Shown: positions 24,726 to 32,000 of the stretch, one piece after another
Layout: every line of letters begins with the position of its first letter
Position numbering within the stretch: position 1 is the first letter of the stretch
Source of the DNA: Neisseriaceae bacterium TC5R-5
GTDB lineage: Bacteria; Pseudomonadota; Gammaproteobacteria; Burkholderiales; Chromobacteriaceae
DNA length: 32,000 nt
Assembly: GCA_020830965.2 (NCBI GenBank)
Contig: JACCFC020000005.1
Location: forward strand, 107,049-139,048
Reading direction: 5' to 3'
Translations under genes and position numbers: made by a program
The notes under the pieces: model-generated
Databases searched by the model: none
The model's input: only the letters and a program-made list of their open reading frames with translations
What the model was told of the DNA's origin: nothing

Positions 24726-25610
24726 CTAATTATTTTTAGTATTGCTATGACTAGCCAAAATTTCCTGATGCATGGTTTCCAGATTAGGGTCCAGAATCAC
24801 CCTGCCTAATGGCTTAGAGACCATCAGGATAGTGTCCAGCACTTGCTCTCGTCCCTGCAAGTTGGCCGCTTCATCCAATAAAGTCACCCCCAAGCTGGTT
24901 AAATTATCTCCCCCGGCACCAGCGCGACGCTCCGCCACGGTCATAAGACCCGGCAAAGCCTGACTTACTTCACGGGTAGTAAATATTTTGGCCAGTTCAG
25001 CTTCGCTCAGTTGCGACCAGAAGCCGTCAGTACATAACAGTATGGAATCACCGGTTGCTAATGGCTGCTGCTTGCCAATATCAATATCCGGGTCAAAACT
25101 GGAGCCTAGGCAATTATAAATTTTATTGCGTTCCGGATGCGTTTTGGCCCCCTCTTCAGTCAGTTGCCCCTGCTCAATCAAACGCTGCACATGAGAATGA
25201 TCACGTGAACGCAGGCGCACGCCTTCAGTCGCACTTAGTAGATACAGGCGGGAGTCTCCTACATGACACCAGTACAAAGTGTGATTTTGAATGATGGCAG
25301 CGACAACCGTCGTGCTGGGTACCTCGGGCAAACGATGATCGGTTGCATAATCCAGAATCAACTGGTGAGCTGAGCTAATTGCACTGACCAAAAAACGGTT
25401 TGGGTGGCTCAACACCGCAACAGCCTGCTGATAAAATAACTCTCCCAAGACATCAATCGTGATCTGTGCAGCTACCTCTCCGCAAAGATGGCCACCCATC
25501 CCATCGGCTACCACCAACAAAACGGCTTCGCTGGTATGAGCGAGCAGTAAGCGATCCTGATTATAAGAGCGTCCCCCAGTACGACTTTCCTGAAAAACAG
25601 ATAATTTCAT
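24726..25610 (-). CDS. PP2C-family Ser/Thr protein phosphatase
   Basis: The product is 294 aa with NQDR, LLVVADGMGGH, HVGDSRLY and LLCTDGFW metal-binding blocks. It starts 13 nt after the kinase gene stop. Confidence 0.85.
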   Translation of the reverse strand: MKLSVFQESRTGGRSYNQDRLLLAHTSEAVLLVVADGMGGHLCGEVAAQITIDVLGELFYQQAVAVLSHPNRFLVSAISSAHQLILDYATDHRLPEVPSTTVVAAIIQNHTLYWCHVGDSRLYLLSATEGVRLRSRDHSHVQRLIEQGQLTEEGAKTHPERNKIYNCLGSSFDPDIDIGKQQPLATGDSILLCTDGFWSQLSEAELAKIFTTREVSQALPGLMTVAERRAGAGGDNLTSLGVTLLDEAANLQGREQVLDTILMVSKPLGRVILDPNLETMHQEILASHSNTKNN

Positions 25611-25623
25611 ACCTTGGCCCCCA

Positions 25624-26622
25624 TCATGACCGCCTACTCATTAAATTTTTGAACCAAGCAAAGCATTTATTCCCAACCCCCGCAGCAAGAACCGGCTCGG
25701 TCGGCACACTATAGTTAGCCTCCAGCAAACGCTTCTGTACCTCCAGCACCGTCGCCGGGCGCTCATCCGGCAGGATCGCCAGACATTGATCTGTCAAGGC
25801 CAACAGCTCTGGCGAATATAGATGGTTAAATAGCTTGCTTGCTGGTGTCAGCTCATCATGCACTTTGCGCTGTTTGGATGCCTGCGGCGTTGCCCCGCCC
25901 ATACAGACATACAAACAGGCACCAATCGCATAGATATCAGTCCACGGCCCCAAAGCACCTTCTTTTTCATATTGCTCGGGTGCAGCAAACCCTGGTGTGT
26001 ACATGGCAGCAAAATGCTGATTTTCTCGTGACAGCGTTTGTCTAGCTGCGCCGAAATCCAGTAATAGAGGAACGCCATTACGTCGCAGATAAATATTGGC
26101 GGGCTTAATATCAAGATGTAACAAGCGGTGGAGATGTACCTCACGCAGACCGGCTAACAGAGTAGCAAACCACTTACGAATCAGCTTTTCCTGCATGCGC
26201 CCACCCAAATTCCCCAGCTCGCGCACCAGCGAGCGACCAGCCGCATATTCCATCACCATATAAACAGTTTGATTGGCACGAAAAAAATTACTGACCCGCA
26301 CGACAGAAGGATGTGCAATACCAGACAATACGCGCCCCTCCTCAAAGAAACATTTCAATCCTAAATTAAATGCTTCCATATCTATTTCGTTACTCACCAT
26401 TACTTGGCCATCTTGTGTTCTGGAAGCTAAATTGCGTGGCAAATACTCTTTAATTGCAAATTTTTGCCCCTGCTCATTGACAGCTAAATACACGATACTG
26501 AAGCCGCCAAGCGATAGTTGGCGTACGATAGTGTACTCAGCCAAATGGTAATCGGTAGGCAAAGCAGTCTGATCGCTGGATTGAGTCATGGGGTCGCTAT
26601 TGTTATAGTGTTCGTCGGACAT
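25624..26622 (-). CDS. Soluble Hanks-type Ser/Thr protein kinase (non-RD variant)
   Basis: The product is 332 aa. Motifs are the glycine loop LGGFSIVY, FAIKEY (VAIK Lys), catalytic loop HLDIKPANIYL (Leu in place of the RD Arg), DFGAA and FAAPEQ. I see no TM or sensor domain. Confidence 0.85.
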   Translation of the reverse strand: MSDEHYNNSDPMTQSSDQTALPTDYHLAEYTIVRQLSLGGFSIVYLAVNEQGQKFAIKEYLPRNLASRTQDGQVMVSNEIDMEAFNLGLKCFFEEGRVLSGIAHPSVVRVSNFFRANQTVYMVMEYAAGRSLVRELGNLGGRMQEKLIRKWFATLLAGLREVHLHRLLHLDIKPANIYLRRNGVPLLLDFGAARQTLSRENQHFAAMYTPGFAAPEQYEKEGALGPWTDIYAIGACLYVCMGGATPQASKQRKVHDELTPASKLFNHLYSPELLALTDQCLAILPDERPATVLEVQKRLLEANYSVPTEPVLAAGVGNKCFAWFKNLMSRRS

Positions 26623-26698
26623 AAATTGAGCTTAGCAAAGCTATTTAGGCCTAGCCCTACAGAAACAATAAAATCGAATCATTTTAAAGGGGTTCCTT

Positions 26699-27565
26699 AT
26701 GATTTTTAGTATGACAGGCTTTGCAGTCAGCAGCAGAGAATTTCCCGGTGGGATACTTAGTTTAGAAATACGAGCAGTTAACCACCGCTATCTTGATGTG
26801 CAAATACGCGTACCTGATGAATTGCGTGCTATTGAGCCGCAGCTGCGTGAGCACATTTCAGGCAAAGTGACACGGGGCAAACTGGAATGTCGTGTCAGCC
26901 TCAACCAAGTGGATAGTTCATCCCCCACTCTAGAACTCAACACCCAATTTCTGCAACGCCTTATTGAAGTCTCCCGTGAAGCACAAAATCTAAGCGGAGA
27001 AAAAAGTGGCTTGTCAGTAAATGACTTGATGCGCTGGCCTGGGATAATGAAGAGCAATGAGTTAGTACCAGAAGTCCTGCAGGAGCTGTGTCAAGAAACT
27101 ATGCGTGCGGTGCTGACGGACTTCAATGCTTCGCGTAATCGAGAAGGAGAAAAACTAAAAGCCGTGCTCTTGGAGCGTGTAGCCTCTATCGAAGCCATCA
27201 TTAACGCGATTAAGCCGAAGCTGCCGCATATTTTGGACGCGCACATGGCCAAACTAGGGGCCCGCCTCCTAGAAGCAATCGGTAATATTGATGCAGACCG
27301 ACTTAAGCAGGAATTTGCACTGTTTGCACAGAAAACCGATATTGATGAGGAGTTGTCACGTCTTACGACTCATCTGAGTGAAATAAAGCGCATTCTTAAA
27401 GTTGGTGGCCAAGTAGGTAAGCGGCTGGATTTTCTGATGCAGGAACTCAACCGTGAAGCAAATACCTTAGGTTCCAAGTCAGTTTCCACCGAAACGACTC
27501 AAGCGTCCGTAGAATTGAAAGTGCTTATTGAGCAAATGAGGGAACAGATTCAGAATATTGAGTAA
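26699..27565 (+). CDS. yicC: YicC-family stress-induced protein (endoribonuclease family)
   Basis: The product is 288 aa. MIFSMTGFA...LEIRAVNHRYLDVQIRVPDELRAIEP parallels E. coli YicC, and a C-terminal DUF1732-like block (LMQELNREANTLGSK) is present. SD AAGGGG lies upstream. Confidence 0.85.
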   Translation: MIFSMTGFAVSSREFPGGILSLEIRAVNHRYLDVQIRVPDELRAIEPQLREHISGKVTRGKLECRVSLNQVDSSSPTLELNTQFLQRLIEVSREAQNLSGEKSGLSVNDLMRWPGIMKSNELVPEVLQELCQETMRAVLTDFNASRNREGEKLKAVLLERVASIEAIINAIKPKLPHILDAHMAKLGARLLEAIGNIDADRLKQEFALFAQKTDIDEELSRLTTHLSEIKRILKVGGQVGKRLDFLMQELNREANTLGSKSVSTETTQASVELKVLIEQMREQIQNIE

Positions 27566-27583
27566 GCTTGAATACCAGTAAAG

Positions 27584-27624
27584 GAGGCTTCCCCGCCAAG
27601 GCGCACAGGGAAGCCTCTTCTTTT
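27584..27624. terminator. Bidirectional rho-independent terminator between the convergent yicC and carbonic anhydrase genes
   Basis: GAGGCTTCCC (27584-27593) pairs with GGGAAGCCTC (27608-27617) around a 14-nt loop. It is followed by TTCTTTTAT on the + strand and flanked by an A-rich tract upstream, giving a U-tract for the - strand. Confidence 0.75.
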
Positions 27625-28378
27625 ATAGAAACTCGACCACGCCACCTTGCAAATGGTACATCGCTCCTACAATTTTGATACTGCCCTTTTTCTCAAGATT
27701 TGCCAGAATTTCGCTACGCCGGCGAATATGTTCAATAGTATTCAATACATTGCTGCGAGCAACTGCATCAACAAATTCGTCGTTTGTACTGGTGCGCTCC
27801 CCTTGATATTTGGTCTGCCCGATAGCAGGCTTGATTCTAGCCAGTAAACCTGTCAAATTGCCCATCACAACATTATCAATCGCTCCTCTGATCGCACCAC
27901 AAGACGTATGCCCCATCACCAGCACCACCTTTGCACCTGCTACGGCACAGGCAAACTCCATACTACCCATAATGTCATCATTAGCAACATTCCCGGCAAC
28001 TCTCGAATTAAAGGTATCACCAATACCTGCATCCAAAATAATTTCGGCGGGTGCTCGCGAATCAATGCAACTCAGAATCACTGCTGCTGGAAATTGCCCA
28101 CTCGCACTAGAACGCTTTTGAGCAAGGAAGTCATGTTCTGTTGTTTTACCTGCACGGAAACGAGCATTCCCCTGTTGCATAGCAGCAATCACCTGTTCAG
28201 GAGTCATCGCATCGCGCTGCTCTTTGCTTAATGAGCTTGCATAGGCGACTCCACTAACCGTGCTACAAGCTCCTATTGATAGCATCGCAGTAGCTCCCAA
28301 TGCTGTTTTCAATATTGACCTACGCCCGATTTCTAAACAATCATCATGATTGCACGCTGCGGTTTTCGCTTTTTCCAT
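27623..28378 (-). CDS. Beta-class carbonic anhydrase with Tat-type signal peptide
   Basis: The twin-arginine motif is GRRSILKTALGATAMLSIGA. The beta-CA zinc-ligand blocks are SCIDSR and GHTSCGAI. I prefer the start at 28378 (MEKAKT..., GGGGAA 7 nt upstream); the track start is 28393. Confidence 0.8.
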   Translation of the reverse strand: MEKAKTAACNHDDCLEIGRRSILKTALGATAMLSIGACSTVSGVAYASSLSKEQRDAMTPEQVIAAMQQGNARFRAGKTTEHDFLAQKRSSASGQFPAAVILSCIDSRAPAEIILDAGIGDTFNSRVAGNVANDDIMGSMEFACAVAGAKVVLVMGHTSCGAIRGAIDNVVMGNLTGLLARIKPAIGQTKYQGERTSTNDEFVDAVARSNVLNTIEHIRRRSEILANLEKKGSIKIVGAMYHLQGGVVEFL

Positions 28379-28582
28379 GTAAATTCCCCACAATATTTTA
28401 CGCTCTCGAATAAGTCATGTGACTTAACTCCACCTCAATCACACCAAGGCACGACTTATTTATAATGTATAAAAAATATATTTACATAGCTTTAACGCTA
28501 GCAGTCCAATTAAATATCAGTTAAAAAATATCGGGCAAAATAGTTGATTAATCATGACAATAAGCTAGATATATTTGTTCGC

Positions 28583-29578
28583 TTAATTTCTGCTGTGCAA
28601 GCTTCTGCGATAAGGCAAGCGAATAAGAATGGTGTAAAAACCAGCTTTCTCGATCGTTTCCAAACTAGCTTCCGCATCAAAAAATAGCTCTAATCTCTCC
28701 GCTAGATTGGCCAATGCCATCTGATGCCCTGTAACCAATGGTGGCTTCTCTTGATTAACAGAATTACTCAATGTCAGTTCCAACTGTTGGCGTTTCAACT
28801 TCGCCATAATTGTAATGATGCTCGGCTCACTCAGACGCTCAACGCCATGAAACACAGCATTTTCTACAAGAGGTTGTAAAAATAACGATGGCAAGATCGC
28901 ATCCAGGGGGGCATCTATTTGCCAATGAACATTTAGGCGCTCTCCTAAGCGCTCACTTTCAATAGCCAAATACATATTGGCTAATTCAATTTCACGTAGC
29001 AAAGAAGAGTTCCCCCCAGGGTCTGCAAGTTGGGCTCGAAACAATTCCGCCAGATTTTCCAACACCATCTCTGCCTTCACTGGCTGTAGGCGAATAAGCG
29101 CAATAGCCGCATTCAAACTATTAAATAAAAAATGAGGATGAATTCTAGCCTGTAAAGCTGCCAACCTAGCCTCTGCCAAAGCCGGTGATAAAGCCCTTTC
29201 ACGCAAGCTGAAATAGTGCAATAACAAGCATGCCGATAAGCCAGCCAAGCCAATAGCATGCCAAGAAATAGGGCTTGATGGACTAATGAGTTGATCGAAT
29301 AACAGAAAAGACAGCATTGTGATCACGACTACCAATAATCGAGCAGTTGGTAGGCGTTGCAAGCGTGGCCCTAACAGCGCCAATATCGCTAGGCTAAGTA
29401 GGCTCCCTGGAACTAAATGCCCGGCCAGTCTCAGCAAATGCGATAAGAACACCTCAGAATCTACGCTGAATAAAGCATAGGCCAACAACACAGCAGTCAG
29501 CGCTAATAAGATACGTAGCATTACGCCTAGATTGCGAAAATCAGGCACATTATTCAAACGAGTGTGGGTAAAAATCAT
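28583..29578 (-). CDS. LytS/AlgZ(FimS)-type sensor histidine kinase (His_kinase family, degenerate ATP-lid G boxes)
   Basis: The N-terminal half has about four predicted TM helices. The H-box region is RIHPHFLFNSLNA and the N-box is LFLQPLVENAVFHGVE. The expected DxGxG position reads LSNSVNQ. I prefer the start at 29578 (MIFTHTRLNN...); the track start is 29629. Confidence 0.75.
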   Translation of the reverse strand: MIFTHTRLNNVPDFRNLGVMLRILLALTAVLLAYALFSVDSEVFLSHLLRLAGHLVPGSLLSLAILALLGPRLQRLPTARLLVVVITMLSFLLFDQLISPSSPISWHAIGLAGLSACLLLHYFSLRERALSPALAEARLAALQARIHPHFLFNSLNAAIALIRLQPVKAEMVLENLAELFRAQLADPGGNSSLLREIELANMYLAIESERLGERLNVHWQIDAPLDAILPSLFLQPLVENAVFHGVERLSEPSIITIMAKLKRQQLELTLSNSVNQEKPPLVTGHQMALANLAERLELFFDAEASLETIEKAGFYTILIRLPYRRSLHSRN

Positions 29579-29729
29579 GAAAGTAAAAGTGCCGCCCAAG
29601 CAACAAATGACCATATCATAGCAAAACAATGCAAAAAGCTGTGAAACAAGTCCAATCTAAGGCTAGTCGCCAGCCCCAGTGACTGGCATAGTAGCGGTTT
29701 TTATTTCAGCCCTCGCAGGAACCTTTCTT

Positions 29730-31112
29730 ATGCAAGATCAGCACGCGTGGTCCGGTCGCTTTTCCGAGCCGGTATCCGAACTTGTTAAAAAATACACCGC
29801 TTCCGTCAATTTTGATCAACGCTTGGCTGAATTTGATATCCAAGGCTCGCTAGCACACGCCAACATGCTGAATAAGACAGGAGTGCTATCAACAGATGAC
29901 CTGAACGCTATTCAACGTGGTATGGCTGAAATACAGGCAGAGATTCGCTCAGGACAGTTTAACTGGAGTGTGGATCTGGAAGATGTGCATATGAATATAG
30001 AGCAGCGGCTGACCAGCAAAATCGGAGATGCTGGTAAACGCTTGCACACCGGACGTAGCCGTAACGATCAAGTAGCCACCGATATACGACTCTGGTTACG
30101 GGCACAAATAGACAGCATTGTCTTATTGCTTGCGCAATTACAAAACAGTTTGCTGAATTTAGCCAGCAAACATGCTGACACCGTCATGCCGGGCTTTACT
30201 CACTTACAGGTAGCACAACCCGTCACCTTTGGCCACCATTTGCTCGCTTATGTAGAAATGCTGGCAAGGGATAGTGAACGCATGCAAGACTGCCGCAAAC
30301 GCGTTAACCGGCTTCCACTAGGATCTGCTGCACTAGCAGGCACTACCTTCCCAATAGATCGCCATTACACAGCACAACTGCTTGGCTTCGACGATATTTG
30401 TCATAACTCGCTGGACGCCGTCTCTGATCGAGATTTCGCGATAGAGTTCAGCGCTGCCGGAAGCTTAGTCATGGTGCATCTGTCGCGCTTATCTGAAGAA
30501 CTTATTCTGTGGATGAGCCCTCGCATCGGCTTCATTGATATTGCTGACCGTTTCTGCACCGGTAGCTCCATCATGCCGCAAAAGAAAAATCCGGACGTCC
30601 CAGAATTAGTACGCGGCAAATCCGGACGAGTAATAGGTCATCTGGTATCTTTAATCACCTTGATGAAAGCTCAGCCGTTGGCCTACAACAAAGACAATCA
30701 AGAAGATAAAGAACCACTCTTTGATACAGTCGATACTTTAATTGACACACTACGCATCTATAGCGAGATGATCCAGGGTATTACAGTCAAACCAGCCGCA
30801 ATGCGAGCTGCCGTGCTGCAAGGATTTGCTACAGCCACAGACCTTGCGGACTACTTAGTAAAAAAAGGAGTGCCATTCCGAGACAGCCATGAAATAGTGG
30901 CAAGAGCCGTACGCTATGCCGAACAGCAGAGCATCGATATTGCTGATTTACCGTTGACAAAGCTCAGTGAGTTTTCCTCTTTGATAGAAGAAGATGTCTT
31001 CGCCGTTCTTACCCCCGAAGGTAGCTTATCGCAACGAGATCACGCAGGAGGCACGGCGCCCAATCAAGTCCGGCTACAAATTGCAAAGCACCTTACACGA
31101 TTAAAAGGATAA
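29730..31112 (+). CDS. argH: Argininosuccinate lyase
   Basis: WSGRFSEP...[20 protein letters not shown] parallels the E. coli ArgH N-terminus. The fumarate-lyase signature is [12 protein letters not shown]. The track uses GTG at 29679; I prefer ATG at 29730, which has AGGAA upstream (460 aa). Confidence 0.9.
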   Translation: MQDQHAWSGRFSEPVSELVKKYTASVNFDQRLAEFDIQGSLAHANMLNKTGVLSTDDLNAIQRGMAEIQAEIRSGQFNWSVDLEDVHMNIEQRLTSKIGDAGKRLHTGRSRNDQVATDIRLWLRAQIDSIVLLLAQLQNSLLNLASKHADTVMPGFTHLQVAQPVTFGHHLLAYVEMLARDSERMQDCRKRVNRLPLGSAALAGTTFPIDRHYTAQLLGFDDICHNSLDAVSDRDFAIEFSAAGSLVMVHLSRLSEELILWMSPRIGFIDIADRFCTGSSIMPQKKNPDVPELVRGKSGRVIGHLVSLITLMKAQPLAYNKDNQEDKEPLFDTVDTLIDTLRIYSEMIQGITVKPAAMRAAVLQGFATATDLADYLVKKGVPFRDSHEIVARAVRYAEQQSIDIADLPLTKLSEFSSLIEEDVFAVLTPEGSLSQRDHAGGTAPNQVRLQIAKHLTRLKG

Positions 31113-31226
31113 GGTGTGTCAGGGGGTAAACTCGATTTACCTTCCTGATTGCTTCATCACTCATACATTTGCCGATAGCATACAAACTATGTTGATAAAC
31201 CACGTTATTCTGCACTCCAAATAATA

Positions 31227-32000
31227 ATGACTCGCCCACTTCGTCACGACAAAATTCTGCAACTGGTTCGCGAAAGCGGTTTTATGCCAATCGAGGAGCT
31301 AGCCCGCCTCCTTGAGGTTACACCTCAAACAATACGCCGTGACATAAATCAGTTATGCGAAGCCAATCTATTGCGCCGTTACCACGGTGGAGCAGCACTT
31401 GGTAATAGTGTGGAAAATGAGGATTATTTTTCTCGCAAGGGAAAACTGCAAAATGAAAAAGCCGATATTGCTGACATGATTGCAAGCAGTATTCCGGATC
31501 ATGCCTCGCTGTTTATGAGCATCGGAACCACGATGGAAGCTATTGCCCAGGCCTTAACTAATAGTCACCAGGGTCTGCGCGTCATTACCAACAACATTCA
31601 CGTGGCTTCAATTATGTCGAGCAAACCCGATTTCACTGTCATGATCACCTCCGGTACAGTACGGGCGTCTGATGGCGGTATTACCGGAGTAGCAACCTTG
31701 GACTTTATTAATCAATTCAAAGTAGATTATGGAATCATCGGTGTTTCAGGTATTGAGCCAGATGGCTCACTCCTAGATTTTGACTATCGAGAAGTCCGGG
31801 TAGCACAAGCAATGATCAATAATGCACGTCATTGCTATCTAGCAGCGGATCACAGTAAGTTCGGCCGTAACGCCTTAGTACGGATGGGACATATTAGTGA
31901 ATTTCACACCGTTTTTACGGATACCCAGCCACCTGCACCACTAGTTAAGCTACTTGAAGAACGCGGAGTACGCTTGGTGCTCTCAGAACGCCTCATCTAG
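31227..32000 (+). CDS. DeoR-family transcriptional repressor (GlpR-like)
   Basis: The product is 257 aa with an N-terminal wHTH (ILQLVRESGFMPIEELARLLEVTPQTIRRDINQL) and a DeoR C-terminal sugar-phosphate sensor domain. The stop codon is at the window end. Confidence 0.8.
   Translation: MTRPLRHDKILQLVRESGFMPIEELARLLEVTPQTIRRDINQLCEANLLRRYHGGAALGNSVENEDYFSRKGKLQNEKADIADMIASSIPDHASLFMSIGTTMEAIAQALTNSHQGLRVITNNIHVASIMSSKPDFTVMITSGTVRASDGGITGVATLDFINQFKVDYGIIGVSGIEPDGSLLDFDYREVRVAQAMINNARHCYLAADHSKFGRNALVRMGHISEFHTVFTDTQPPAPLVKLLEERGVRLVLSERLI

Noticed and set aside
1-32000. Neisseria-type DNA uptake sequences (GCCGTCTGAA and dialects), considered given the Correia-like repeats
   Set aside because: I could not find the motif or an obvious over-represented 10-12-mer in the terminators or intergenic regions of this window.

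Overview
The window reads as chromosomal DNA from a proteobacterium. The repeat family suggests a Neisseriales/Chromobacteriaceae-like betaproteobacterium, but taxonomy cannot be fixed from this window. The left half (1-15.6 kb) is an E. coli-type cellulose locus in an unusual layout. bcsA (3' end), bcsB, bcsZ, bcsC and a small lipoprotein gene run on the + strand, and bcsE-bcsF-bcsG converge on them from the - strand. About 4 kb of other DNA separates the two blocks. It holds a possibly frameshifted small ORF, an EptB-like phosphoethanolamine transferase, and an AT-rich two-gene cassette. The cassette encodes a 265-aa protein with a CdiA-CT-type RNase-A-like C-terminus and an unassigned glycine-rich hydrophobic N-terminus, followed by a 98-aa CdiI-like immunity protein and a clean terminator. 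I consider this cassette the most interesting object in the window. Four copies (two full, one internally deleted, one truncated) of a ~120-bp element with terminal inverted repeats punctuate the locus. The element strongly resembles the Neisseria Correia element, and one copy forms the proximal 5' region of the toxin gene. The right half (15.9-32 kb) is mostly housekeeping: zapE, a barstar/secreted barnase-like RNase pair, murI, apbC, polB, an HDAC-like amidohydrolase, rph, a PP2C phosphatase plus Ser/Thr kinase pair, yicC, a Tat-signal beta-carbonic anhydrase, an AlgZ/FimS-type histidine kinase with no adjacent response regulator, argH, and a DeoR/GlpR-type regulator. I found no rRNA, tRNA or CRISPR array. 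All functional calls rest on motifs I recognise in the supplied translations and on gene order; no database search was run.
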